DNA of 64,000 nt from Heterodontus francisci (Eukaryota). The notes below the pieces were generated by a model that was not told the DNA's origin, did no database searches, and saw nothing but the letters and a program-made list of their open reading frames with translations. Position numbers and translations under genes: made by a program. Below, piece after piece: positions 49,874 through 63,292 of this stretch (position 1 is its first letter; every line of letters begins with the position of its first letter). The stretch spans positions 6,262,001 through 6,326,000 of the forward strand of contig NC_090404.1 of assembly GCF_036365525.1 (NCBI RefSeq), given 5' to 3'.

Positions 49874-50393
49874 TCTCTCAACCCGCAGTAATACATCGCG
49901 CCGTCAGACAGCCGCAGGTCGCGGATGGTGAAATTCCCCTCACTTTTCGAAGTGTTGAGAGACGCAGAATATCGATTGCCCACGCCCTCTGCCCTGAAAA
50001 CACCTCCGTGGTTAGAGATGTAGATGAGGAATGTGGGGGCTTTATCCTGGTCCTGTCGGTACAGTTGTAATGAATAGGAAGTAGCAGTGGTAGAATAGTT
50101 GTAATTAATGGTCACCGAGTCTCTTTCAAACTGCATCGCTGTACCCGGCCCCTGTGAGACCGAGTCTGCACCACTAACACCTACAGAAATTTAGAAATGC
50201 AGAACTTTTAGCTTTTATTATCACTTCACAGTACCGAATACCATCAGGTGACGGAACACATTGTAAATACAGGAGAAAGTACAACTAAAAGATTGTCAAT
50301 GGTGCCAAAAAGAGGAAGATTGTGTAAATTGTAAACTTTACCAGTTAAGAGAGCTGCAGCTGTGAGGAATGAATAAAACGAAACAACCAACAT
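49874..50393 (-). CDS. TCR alpha/delta V gene, open but missing first canonical Cys and the FR2 Trp (leader 50342-50393, V 49874-50180)
   Basis: DSVSQGPG..SVTINYNYS..LQLYRQ..DGAMYYCGLRD; RSS CACAGTG-23-ACAAAAACA at 49835-49873. Confidence 0.85.
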
Positions 50394-50945
50394 GTTCGCT
50401 GAGAGTTGATGCCGGATTTGAACAGAACGGGTTGAATCTGAAATTGTTTCAGTCAAGAGCTGGAAAGTTTTCATTAACTTCGGTCTCTCCACCGATTGGT
50501 TCATTCCTGAAAGCGTCAACAGGTGACGACCAACCAGCTCGCAGTCTTTTGTTCTCCAATTTCTCCAATCAGCTCACAGATCCTTTGTTCTCAAATTCAT
50601 TACGTCAGAGCGAGGAGAAGGAAATGAGTGAAATTGTTCTGCTAACACCAGGGAACTGAACAAGAATTATATCCAATATTGGCCCTTAACAAAGTCAGTC
50701 TGTAAGATGGAGCAGTGAGGGGAAATAGTTAATGTGGTTCTGCTATCAATGCCGGAAGGGTCCTATTAAAAGAGCTCACTGACCATGGCAACCAGCCACA
50801 GCCGATACAAAGAGGGATATTACACAAATTGGATTGCCGTTCTATTATCCTTTAATAATCCAGGTCCCAGATCTGATTCAGTGAGCGGAGGTGAGAGTCC
50901 TTTGCTGGTTTTTGTACGGACTGACTGCGCCTCTGTAACAGTGTG

Positions 50946-51383
50946 GAGCTCAGCGCACAGTGATACACAGCAGAGTCAGAGATAAGAGTCCCGGCGACTT
51001 TTAAAGGAACCGTTTTGTTGCCATTGTCCAAATCAGCAGAAAATCGGTCTGGAAAATCTGAAGATGTAGCCCCCTGCCCCGTGCTGTATTTACTCAATAA
51101 ATACCTCGGAGATTCCCCGGGATACTGTATGTACCAGAAGAGGTAGGCAATGTAACTGGATGTGGAGTAACTGCAGTTCAGTATTATGGTCTGTCCTTCT
51201 TGAACCGTTAATTCCGGCGGATCCTGGGACACTGAATCTTTTCCATGCGTTCCTGCAGCATAAACACAGAATGTATCAACATTTTGGGAGTAAATATAAC
51301 CCATGGAACATACACTGACAATTTAACATAAACTCACCGAGCAGCAAGACCATTATGATCAGTAAGGAACATAGGGAGCACAT
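50946..51383 (-). CDS. Intact TCR alpha/delta V gene (leader 51338-51383, V 50946-51252)
   Basis: DSVSQDPP..IILNCSYS..LFWYIQYPGESP..DSAVYHCALS; RSS CACACTG-23-ACAAAAACC at 50907-50945. Confidence 0.92.
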
Positions 51384-52431
51384 GGTGTCTGGTTTACATT
51401 TCCACATAAAGTAACAGTATGTTTTAAATGTGTCGACCCTTCGAGTCTGGTATTAAACAGCAAACTCAGATCGGGGGAGATTTCACTTATTGTGAGAATG
51501 CGGGGCGTTCCTCATTGATACGATTGGTTGGTCTCTCAGAACTGATAACAGATGTGCGCCAACAAATGTGAGCGGTGGACCAATTACTCATGTCTCCCAA
51601 CAAACGCTTTCCTTGCCTAGCGGTATGAGTGAGTCTCTCTCTCTCTCTCTTTGTCTCTTTGACTCGATGCGGCAGCGTCAATCAATATGTTGAACTCGAC
51701 CTCTGTTTCTCTTTGCCTCTCTATGTGCGAGTCCCTCTGATTATCTCTCTCTCGCTCTGTGTGTGTGTGTGTGTATGTATGTATGTGTGTGTTTAGGTCT
51801 CACTCACTTTATTTAACTTGGTGTCCTTTTCTCTCCATCTTTTTCTCTCTCTGTGTCTCACTTTCCATGTCTCTCTTTTCAACTCGGCCTCACTGTCTCT
51901 TTAACTCGCTGCCTTTCTAATTTCCTCTTTCTCTCTCACGCCATATCCCCTCTCTCTCCTTCAGTTAATGCGAGGCGGAAAATGATAGAAATAAGTCTCA
52001 ATTCTTGTCATTACTGCCACAGGCATTACTAACCACTGCCTAAAGACCGTGAGGGACATGATGAAGTCGACATCACTTTGTACCGGTGAGATTTTTTTTA
52101 AAAATGTGACCTGACGGATCGATACAACATTTACTTGCAGAAATTGATTCGATTAATAATCATGGAAATTTGAAGGTCTGCACTAACACTGGAGGTGGAA
52201 ATGTCTGAATGTGATCCGAACTTAAAATGATTGAGGAATATCACTGATCCCAGTAGTGACAGCACTGATTTCAGCTGGGGAAACCCGATTGATCAGACTG
52301 TACTTTCCCATTCATTTTCTGTGCAATCTGTCTTGGAGTCAAGCCCTGGTGTTCTCCACAGCCACCAACTCCACAGAAACCCAGCTGTGAACTTTCTTTT
52401 TATTAGGCCCGAGGCTCTCTCATTCACTGTG

Positions 52432-52834
52432 AGTCACAGGACACCGTATTACACGGCGCTGTCTGTGATCTTCTCTTCTTTCATGGAGAAGTGAAAAATG
52501 CCTTGTATTCAATTGAGTTTCCCACTGAAGTGTTCAAAGCCGAGAGCCGTATTATTTTACCCATAACCTTCGTCTCTGACGATATATTGAGCGGATCGGT
52601 GTTGACATTGGCAATACTGGAATCGGTAATAGCTTGTAGCTGAATCTGATACGGAGTCACTGTAGGTTAAACAGTGGACACGAAGCAGGTTGGACGGAGT
52701 GGTAGAAAGAGAATAAGCACCGGGAGATAGAGATGGGAAATTGTATAAGGATCAGGAAATATTGTAGGAATATCCCAATATCGCTGACCAGTGATCAGGT
52801 AAGTGACCAGAACTAGGCAGAGTTTCACCTCCAT
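52432..52834 (-). pseudogene. TCR V pseudogene (leader 52789-52834)
   Basis: Leader MEVKLCLVLVTYLIT|GTCAG; V remnant ending DSAV*YGVL*; heptamer CACAGTG at 52425-52431 with a degenerate nonamer. Confidence 0.78.
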
Positions 52835-53959
52835 AATTCCACTCTGAACTCCTAATGCAGAGACTGTGATCACTCCCTTACTGGACCTGGAAGAGGAAAA
52901 AAAAAACTCAAACACGCCGAGATTTCATCAGATCTGCTGGGATATCTTTTCCCTGCCCATTTGTATCTCTGAGCAGCCACTTCCTGCAGCTGGGGAATCA
53001 TGATCTTTCTCAAGTGATCAGAGAGCGCCCTCCCGTGGACAGTAAAAGCCTCACATAGAACAGTGGAAATGCATTGCCACTGACAGACGCCGATAAACAC
53101 CAACACACAAACACACGTACACTTATTTCAGACAGACAAACAGAGTAGATAAACACAGGTTGTGTTGAATTGTTTTAGATAAAGTGCAGAAACTGTGGGA
53201 TAGTAATTTACCTCACATTGCCACTAGAGAGCGCACTGATCATGTTTGTGCTTTCACTTCAGTGGAACAATCTATAGGTCACAAGGTACTGGCGGATGAG
53301 GATGCCTGTCCATCCCATCTTAATTCTTTATTCCAGAAAAGCACTCACCTCTACAATTTCCTATAGTTGTTGCAAAGGAAATGCTATGGTTTTGGACTCT
53401 GTCACATTACACAGAGGTCATTCCAACTGTCACTCACTCTCTGCTTGACCAACAATCAGTTGATATCAATCCTAAAAGACCGTTTTAGTTTTAAAATTTT
53501 AACTCAGAGCACTCACGCTGAAGAACCAGCCTCCTGGATCTCTTCGACAATATCCACATGCTTGAATGTCTCCATTGTTACTTTGTAGCAGCAACGAAAC
53601 ACAATGCCGGATCCGGCTTTCGGGCTCGAGTCGGGCCGAGTCCGTCTCGTGCTCTGGCTGGCCGGAAACACAAGGTCAGTGCTCTGCTGGCAAGTATTGA
53701 AATTACAAAAAACCTGAGCTGGGAGTCTACGAAACTCAGTCTGCGCAGTGAGGGTATGACGTCATCACGCATGCGCTGCAGCTTCCTGCAGGTTCGAATC
53801 GAAGGAAAGGGATGGTGGGTCGGGTCCAGTCGGGGTCCGGGTGGCAAAATCGGCGCAATATCGGAGGGAATCGGGCCGGGTTGGGCTCGGGTCAGCTGTG
53901 GTTCAGTTGGGTTTGGGTTGGATTCTTTTTCCCGACCTGAGCAGGCCTTTAAGTCAGGG

Positions 53960-54535
53960 GCTGGTAATTCTGCAACCGGTAGCTCACCTCCTGTCTCTCC
54001 AAAGCCTGCCCAGCATCTACAAGGCACAAGTCAGGAGTGTGATCGAATACTCTCCTGTTGCCTGGATGGGTGTAGCTCGGTACCATCCAAGCCAAAGCAA
54101 CCCAGTTCATTATCACACCATTCACATCCTGCAATATTCACTCCCTTTACCACCGACACACAGTGGCAGCTGTGTGTAACATCTACAAGATGCACTGCAG
54201 CAACGCACCAAGGCTCCTTTGACAACAACTTTCAAACCAGCGACCTCTACCACCTGGAAGGACAAGGGCAGCAGATGTATGGAAACACCACCACCTGCAA
54301 GTTCCCCTCCAAGCCACACACCATCCTGACCTGGAACAATATCGCCGTTCCTTCACTGTCGCTGGGTCAAAATCCTGGAACTCCCTTCTTAACAACACTG
54401 TGAGTGTGCCTACAACTCAAAGGCTGCAGCGGTTCAAGAAGGCAGCTCACCACCACCCTCTCGAGCAATTATGAATGGACAATAAATGCTGACCTAGCCA
54501 GCGATGCCCATATCACCGAATGAATTAAAAAAAAA
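53960..54535 (+). mobile_element. L2/CR1-clade LINE 3' fragment
   Basis: IYKAQVRSVIEYSPVAWMG; 3' tail gccagcgatgccca shared with ~36150-36455. Confidence 0.7.
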
Positions 54536-55582
54536 CCTGCATTTATCAATATCCTTTAAAATAATGAAATGTCCCATCAGCAGGTCACAACAATGATCTC
54601 ACTGAAAAAGCAACAATGCAGAGGTTGATGTTGTTGACATGCAAGTCACCAACTGCACTGTCAGAGTAAAAATGATTTTTGGTATCTATATTTATGATAC
54701 TCAGATTACTGCACAGCTCAATTTTAAGAGACCAGATAGCTTTGGAAATAATCTGAAGGTGAAATAATATTTCAATTTATTTCAATCCACACTTCAGAGA
54801 GGATTTTAAGGCCTTGGAGAGGGTGCAGAGGGGGTTTGATAGAATTGGAACAGGGATGAGGGACTTCAGTTCTGCAGAGAGGTTACAGAAGCTGGGATAG
54901 TTTCCCTTCGTGCAGCGTGGCCGAAAGGGAGATTTAATTGAGCTAATGGATTATGAATGATTTTGATAGTGTTGATAGTGAGATACTGTTTCCACTGGCA
55001 GGAATGTCGGTAATCAGAGGACACAGATTTCAGATAATTGGTAAAGGAATAAGGCCGAAGAAGAGATTTTTTTTTAACACTGTGAGTTGTTATGAGCTGG
55101 AATGAATTACCTGGAAGGTCGGTGTAAACACGTTCAATTAGTAACTTTCAAAAGGGAATTGAATAATTACTGGAAAAGGAAAGGTTATGAGTGCTTTGGA
55201 GAAAGACCAGGAGAGTGGAACGAATTTGACAGCTGTTTCAAAGAACCGCTACAATTGACCAAATTGCCTCCTTCTGTGATGTCAGATTCCATGTTTCAAT
55301 GAATTTCAATTGCATCTATCAAAAGTTTTGTAATTGTAAACCTGAAGTTGTTATTTGTGAGATTAGTATACGGAAGTTAACAGCAACGGTATTAACCAAT
55401 ATATTAACCAGATATAAAATGTCACCTGAACACATTAAACATTTCAGTAGCAGCTCGGCTGAAGTGACTTGACTCTGATTTGAGAATCAGTAAATTGTGG
55501 ATTCCACGTGAGCTTCAGAAACGGAGTATATTAGCCAGGCTTCGAATTGGTGCAGTGCTGAAAGGGCACTATCTTTCCAGGG

Positions 55583-58500
55583 ACAAAGAACAAAGAACAA
55601 AGAAAATTACAGCACAGGAACAGGCCCTTCGGCCCTCCAAGCCTGCGCCGATCCAGATCCTCTATCTAAACATGTCGCCTATTTTCTAAGGGTCTGTATC
55701 TCTTTGCTTCCTGCCCATTCATGTATCTGTCTAGATACATTTTAAAAGACGCTGTCGTGCACGCGTCCAACACCTCCGCTGGCAACGCGTTCCAGGCACC
55801 CACCACCCTCTGCGTAAAGAACTTTCCACGCATATCCCCCCTAAACATTTCCCCTCTCACTTTGAACTTGTGACCCCTAGTAATTGAATCCCCCACTCTG
55901 GGAAAAAGCTTCTTGCTATCCACCCTGTCTATACCTCTCATGATTTTGTACACCTCAATCAGGTCCCCCCTCAACCTCCGTCTTTCTAATGAAAATAATC
56001 CTAATCCACTCAACCTCTCTTCATAGCTAGCGCCCTCCATACCAGGCAACATCCTGGTGAACCTCCTCTGTACCCTCTCCAAAGCATCCACATCCTTTTG
56101 GTAATGTGGCGACCAGAACTGCACGCAGTATTCCAAATGTGGCCGAACCAAAGTCCTATACAACTGTAACATGACCTGCCAACTCTTGTACTCAATACCC
56201 CGTCCGATGAAGGAAAGCATGCCGTTTGCCTTCTTGACCACTCTATTTACTTGCGTTGCCACCTTCAGGGAACAGTGGACCTGAACACCCAAATCTCTCT
56301 GGACATCAATTTTCCCCAGGACTTTTCCATTTACTGTATAGTTCACTCTTGAATTGGATCTTCCAAAATGCATCACCTCGCATTTGCCCTGATTGAACTC
56401 CATCTGCCATTTCTCTGCCCAACTCTCCAATCTATCTATATTCTGCTGTATTCTCTGACAGTCCCCTTCACTATCTGCTACTCCACGAATCTTAGTGTCG
56501 TCTGCAAACTTGCTAATCAGTCCACCTATACTTTCCTCCAAATCATTAATGTATATCACAAACAACAGTGGTCCCAGCACGGATCCCTGTGGAACACCAC
56601 TGGTCACACGTCTCCATTTTGAGAAACTCCCTTCTACTGCTACTCTCTGTTTCCTGTTGCCCAGCCAGTTCTTTATCCATCTAGCTAGTACACCTTGGAC
56701 CCCATGCGCCTTCACTTTCTCCATCAGCCTGCCATGGGGAACCTTATCAAACGCCTTACTGAAGTCCATGTATATGACATCTACAGCCCTTCCCTCATCA
56801 ATCAACTTTGTCACTTCCTCAAAGAATTCTATTAAGTTGGTAAGACATGACCTTCCCTGCACTAAACCATGTTGCCTATCACTGATAAGCCCATTTTCTT
56901 CCAAATGGGAATAGATCCTATCCCTCAGTATCTTCTCCAGCAGCTTCCCTACCACTGACGTCAGGCTCACCGGTCTATAATTACCTGGATTATCCCTGCT
57001 ACCCTTCTTAAACAAGGGGACAACATTAGCAATTCTCCAGTCCTCCGGGACCTCACCCGTGTTTAAGGATGCTGCAAAGATATCTGTTAAGGCCCCAGCT
57101 ATTTCCTCTCTCGCTTCCCTCAGTAACCTGGGATAGATCCCATCCGGACCTGGGGACTTGTCCACCTTAATGCCTTTTAGAATACCCAACACTTCCTCCC
57201 TCCTTATGCCGACTTGACCTAGAGTAATCAAACATCTGTCCCTAACCTCAACATCCGTCATGTCCCACTCCTCGGTGAATACCGATGCAAAGTACTCGTT
57301 TAGAATCTCACCCATTTTCTCTGACTCCACACATAACTTTCCTCCTTTGTCCTTGAGTGGGCCAATCCTTTCTCTAGTTACCCTCTTTCTCCTTATATAT
57401 GAATAAAAGGCTTTGGGATTTTCTTTAACCCTGTTTGCTAAAGATATTTCATGACCCCTTTTAGCCCTCTTAATTCCTCGTTTCAGATTGGTCCTACTTT
57501 CCCGATATTCTTTCAAAGCTTCGTCTTTCATCAGCCGCATCGACCTTATGTATGCTTCCTTTTTCCTCTTAGCTAGTCTCACAATTTCACCTGTCATCCA
57601 TGGTTCCCTAATCTTGCTATTTCTATCCCTCATTTTCACAGGAACATGTCTCTCCTGCACGCTAATCAACCTCTCTTTAAAAGCCTCCCACATATCACAT
57701 GTGGATTTACCTTCAAACAGCTGCTCCCAATCTACATTCCCCAGCTCCTGCCGAATTTTGGTATAGTTGGCCTTCCCCCAGTTTAGCACTCTTCCTTTAG
57801 GACCACTCTCGTTTTTGTCCATGAGTATTTTAAAGCTTACGGAATTGTGATCACTATTCCCAAAGTAGTCCCCTACTTAAACTTCAAACACCTGGCCGGG
57901 CTCATTCCCCAACACCAGGTCCAGTATGGCCCCTTCCCGAGTTGGACTATTTACATACTGCTCTAGAAAACCCTCCTGGATGCTCCTTACAAATTATGCT
58001 CCATCTAGACCTCTAACACAAAGTGAATCCCAGTCAATGTTGGGAAAATTAAAATCTCCTATCACCACCACCCTGTTGTTCCTTACATCTTTCCATAATC
58101 TGTTTACATATTTGTACCTCTATCTCACGCTCGCTGTTGGGAGGCCTGTAGTACAGCCCCAACATTGTTACCGCACCCTTCCTATTTCTGAGTTCTGTCC
58201 ATATTGCCTCACTGCTCGAGTCCTCCATAGTGCCCTCCTTCAGCACAGCTGTGATATCCTCTTTGACCAGTAATGCAACTCCTCCACCCCTTTTACTTCC
58301 CTCTCTATCCCGCCTGAAGCATCGATATCCTGGGATATTTAGTTGCCAATCATGCCCTTCCCTCAACCAAGTCCCAGTAATAGCAATAACATCATACTCC
58401 CAGGTACTAATCCAAGCCCTAAGTTCATCTGCCTTACCTACTACACTTCTTGCATTAAAACAAATGCACCTCAGACCACCAGTCCCTTTGCATTCATCAT

Positions 58501-59753
58501 CTGCTCCCTGCCTGCTCTTCCCCTTAGTCACACTGACTTCATTATCTAGTTGCTTACAGGTTTTTGTTACTACCTCCTTACTGTCAACTGACCTCCTCAA
58601 TTGGTTCCCATCCCCCTGCCACATTAGTTTAAACCCTCCCCAACAGCGTTAGCAAAAGCACCCCCAAGGACATTGGTTCCAGTCCGGCCCAGGTGTAGAC
58701 CGTCCAATTTGTAATAGTCCCACCTCCCCCAGAACCGGTCCCAATGTCCCAAAAATCTGAACCCCTCCTTCCTGCACCATCTCTCAAGCCACGCATTCAT
58801 CCTGACTATTCTTTCATTTTTACTCTGACTATCACGTGGCACTGGTAGCAATCCGGAGATTACTACCTCTGAGGTCCTACTTTTTAACTTGGCTCCTAAC
58901 TCCCTAAACTCTGCTTGTAGGACCTCATCCCGTTTTTTACCTATATCATTGGTGCCTATGTGCACAACGACAACTGGCTGTTCACCCTCCCCCTTTAGAA
59001 TGTTCTGCAGCCGAACTGAGACATCCCTGACCCGTGCACCTGGGAGGCAACATACCATTCGGGAGCCTCGTTTTCGATCACAGAACCGCCTATCCACTCC
59101 CTTTACAATCGAATCCCCTACGACTGTAGCCCTTCCACTCTTCTTCCCGCCCTTCTGAACAGCAGAGCCAGCCACGGTGCCATGAACCTGGCTACTGCTG
59201 CCTTCCCCTGGTGAGCCATCTCCCTCAACAGTATCCAAAACGGTATACTTGTTTTGGAGGGAGATGACCGCAGGGGACTCCTGCGCTGCCTTCCTGCTCT
59301 TTCTCTGCCTTTTGGTCACCCATTCCCTTTCTCCCTCAGCAATCCTAATCTGCGGTGTGACCAATTCACTGAACGTGCTATCCACGACCTCCTCAGCATT
59401 GCGCATGCTCCAAAGTGAGTCCATCCGCAGCTTGAGAGCCGTCATGCGGTCTAACAAGAGCTGCAGTTGGACACACTTCCTGCACGTGAAGGAGTCAGGG
59501 ACATCAGCCATGTCCCTGAGCTCCCACATTGAGCAAGAGGAGCATGATACGGGTCTGAGATCGCCTGCCATTTTTAATCTTAAGCTTAACTTAGTTAAAT
59601 GAAAAAGGAACGAAAAGTTTTTACCAATCACGATAAAACCAGAGAAATAGAAAAAGCCTTACCTTATATACACCCCACCGAGTCCTTTTTTTTGGTTAGA
59701 GGAGGAGGGCGGGTGGGAGACACTACAAGTGTGGTGTCTCCGGTTCAGAAACC
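55583..59753 (-). mobile_element. Near full-length CR1 LINE (ORF1 58624-59631 zinc finger plus SGNH esterase; ORF2 APE-RT 55666-58624, disrupted)
   Basis: ORF1 CSSC..CRKC, GDSIV, HIGTND, DGLH; ORF2 718-aa RT segment with FADD; (GTTCTTT)n 3' tail; frameshift and stops in the APE region. Confidence 0.93.
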
Positions 59754-61331
59754 GCCCAAATATATAGTGTTTTACTTACCCAGCAGCCCCCTGGCCTCCG
59801 CCGAAAACAAAAGGAAATTATGTTTACTTTCAAACTGACCTTCCCAGCTGCTCACTCGCTCGCACTCTGCTCCCGAAAAAGCTGCTGCAATGAAAGGAAA
59901 GTTATTTTAAACGGCCCAAATATAGAGTGTTTTACTTACCCAGCAGCCCCCTGGCCTCCGCCGAAAACAAAAGGAAATTATGTTTACTTTCAAACTGACG
60001 TTCCCAGCTGCTCACTCGCTCGCACTCTGCTCCCGAAAAAGCTGCTGCAATGAAAGGAAAGTTATTTTAAACGGCCCAAATATATAGTGTTCTACTTACC
60101 CAGCAGCCCCCTGGCCTCTGCTGAAAACAAAAGGAAATTATGTTTACTTTCAAACTGACCTTCCCAGCTGCTCACTCGCTCGCACTCTGCTCCCGAAAAA
60201 GCTGCTGCAATGAAAGGAAAGTTATTTTAAACGGCCCAAATATATAGTGTTTTACTTACCCAGCAGCCCCCTGGCCTCCGCCGAAAACAAAAGGAAATTA
60301 TGTTTACTTTCAAACTGACCTTCCCAGCTGCTCACTCGCTCGCACTCTGCTCCTGAAAAAGCTGCTGCAATGAAAGGAAAGTTATTTTAAACGGCCCAAA
60401 TATAGAGTGTTTTACTTACCCAGCAGCCCCCTGGCCTCCGCCGAAAACAAAAGGAAATTATGTTTACTTTCAAACTGACGTTCCCAGCTGCTCACTCGCT
60501 CGCACTCTGCTCCCGAAAAAGCTGCTGCAATGAAAGGAAAGTTATTTTAAACGGCCCAAATATATAGTGTTCTACTTACCCAGCAGCCCCCTGGCCTCCG
60601 CTGAAAACAAAAGGAAATTATGTTTACTTTCAAACTGACCTTCCCAGCTGCTCACTCGCTCGCACTCTGCTCCCGAAAAAGCTGCTGCAATGAAAGGAAA
60701 GTTATTTTAAACGGCCCAAATATATAGTGCTTTACTTACCCAGCAGCCCCCTGGCCTCCGCCGAAAACAAAAGGAAATTATGTTTACTTTCAAACTGACC
60801 TTCCCAGCTGCTCACTCGCTCACACTCTGCTCCCGAAAAAGCTGCTGCAATGAAAGGAAAGTTATTTTAAACGGCCCAAATATATAGTGTTTTACTTACC
60901 CAGCAGCCCCCTGGCCTCCGCCGAAAACAAAAGGAAATTATGTTTACTTTCAAACTGACCTTCCCAGCTGCTCACTCGCTCGCACTCTGCTCCCGAAAAA
61001 GCAGCTGCAATGAAAGGAAAGTTATTTTAAACGGCCCAAATATAGAGTGTTTTACTTACCCAGCAGCCCCCTGGCCTCCGCCGAAAACAAAAGGAAATTA
61101 TGTTTACTTTCAAACTGACCTTCCCAGCTGCTCACTCGCTCGCACTCTGCTCCCAAAAAAGCTGCTGCAATGAAAGGAAAGTTATTTTAAACGGCCCAAA
61201 TATATAGTGTTTTACTTACCCAGCAGCCCCCTGGCCTCCGCCGAAAACAAAAGGAAATTATGTTTACTTTCAAACTGACCTTCCCAGCTGCTCACTCGCT
61301 CGCACTCTGCTCCTGAAAAAGCTGCTGCAAT
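59754..61331. repeat. 160-bp tandem array (~10 units) at the CR1 5' end
   Basis: Unit starts at 59761, 59921, ... 61201; units near-identical. Confidence 0.95.
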
Positions 61332-63292
61332 CTACAGCCCTTCCCTCATCAATCAACTTTGTCACTTCCTCAAAGAATTCTATTAAGTTGGTAAGACATG
61401 ACCTTCCCTGCACTAAACCATGTTGCCTATCACTGATAAGCCCATTTTCTTCCAAATGGGAATAGATCCTATCCCTCAGTATCTTCTCCAGCAGCTTCCC
61501 TACCACTGACGTCAGGCTCACCGGTCTATAATTACCTGGATTATCCCTGCTACCCTTCTTAAACAAGGGGACAACGTTAGCAATTCTCCAGTCCTCCGGG
61601 ACCTCACCCGTGTTTAAGGATGCTGCAAAGATATCTGTTAAGGCCCCAGCTATTTCCTCTCTCGCTTCCCTCAGTAACCTGGGATAGATCCCATCCGGAC
61701 CTGGGGACTTGTCCACCTTAATGCCTTTTAGAATACCCAACACTTCCTCCCTCCTTATGCCGACTTGACCTAGAGTAATCAAACATCTGTCCCTAACCTC
61801 AACATCCGTCATGTCCCTCTCCTCGGTGAATACCGATGCAAAGTACTCGTTTAGAATCTCACCCATTTTCTCTGACTCCACACATAACTTTCCTCCTTTG
61901 TCCTTGAGTGGGCCAATCCTTTCTCTAGTTACCCTCTTTCTCCTTATATATGAATAAAAGGCTTTGGGATTTTCCTTAACCCTGTTTGCTAAAGATATTT
62001 CATGGCCCCTTTTAGCCCTCTTCATTCCTCGTTTCAGATTGGTCCTACATTCCCGATATTCTTTCAAAGCTTCGTCTTTCTTCAGCCTCCTAGACCTTAA
62101 GTATGCTTCCTTTTTCCTCTTAGCTAGTCTCACAATTGCACCTGTCATCCATGGTACCCTAATCTTGCCATTTCTATCCCTCATTTTCACAGGAACATGT
62201 CTCTCCTGCACGCTAATCAACCTCTCTTTAAAAGCCTCCCACATATCACATGTGGATTTACGATCAAACAGCTGCTCCCAATCTGCATTCCCCAGCTCCT
62301 GCCGAATTTTGGTATAGTTGGCCTTCCCCCAATTTAGCACTCTTCCTTTAGGACCACTCTCGTCTTTGTCCATGAGTATTCTAAAACTTACGGAATTGTG
62401 ATCACTATTCCCAAAGTAGTTCCCTACTTAAACTTCAACCACCTGGCCGGGCTCATTCCCCAACACCAGGTCCAGTATGGCCCCTTCCCGAGTTGGACTT
62501 TTTTTTTTAGAGATACAGCACTGAAACAGGCCCTTCGGCCCACCGAGTCTGTGCCGACCATTAACCACCCATTTATACTAATCCTACACTAATCCCATAT
62601 TCCTACCACATCCCCACCTGTCCCTATATTCCCCTACCAACTACCTATACTAGGGGCAATTTATAATGGCCAATTTACCTATCAACCTGCAAGTCTTTTG
62701 GCTGTGGGAGGAAACCGGAGCACCCGGAGGAAACCCACGCAGACACAGGGAGAACTTGCAAACTCCACACAGGCAGTACCCAGAATTGAACCCGGGTTGC
62801 TGGAGCTGTGAGGCTGCGGTGCTAATCACTGCGCCACTGTGCCGCCCGACTATTTACATACTGCTCTAGAAAACCCTCCTGGATGCTCCTTACAAATTAT
62901 GCTCCATCTAGACCTCTAACACAAAGTGAATCCCAGTCAATGTTGGGAAAATTAAAATCTCCTATCACCACCACCCTGTTGCTCCTACATCTTTCCATAA
63001 TCTGTTTACATATTTGTACCTCTATCTCACGCTCGCTGTTGGGAGGCCTGTAGTACAGCCCCAACATTGTTACCGCACCCTTCCTATTTCTGATTTCTGC
63101 CCATATTGCCTCACTGCTCGAGTCCTCCATAGTGCCCTCCTTCAGCACAGCTGTGATATCCTCTTTGACCAGTAATGCAACTCCTCCACCCCTTTTACCT
63201 CCCTCTCTATCCCGCCTGAAGCATCGATATCCTGGGATATTTAGTTGCCAATCATGCCCTTCCCTCAACCAAGTCTCAGTAATAGCAATAAC
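61331..63292 (-). mobile_element. Second internal copy of the same CR1 ORF2 segment
   Basis: ORF 61270-62373 nearly identical to the N-terminal half of ORF 55666-57822. Confidence 0.9.
62499..62846 (-). mobile_element. Full-length V-SINE (HE1-like) inserted into the CR1 copy
   Basis: tRNA-like head, V-domain, poly(A) tail; flanked by GACT on both sides. Confidence 0.85.

Noticed and set aside
53558-54403. 281-aa ORF as a novel gene
   Set aside because: Runs across a GC-rich transposon-like segment into a LINE 3' fragment; no domain or splice structure
59754-61331. CRISPR-like array or coding repeat (77-aa ORFs)
   Set aside because: Units are contiguous with no unique spacers, the DNA is vertebrate, and the ORFs are by-products of the repeat
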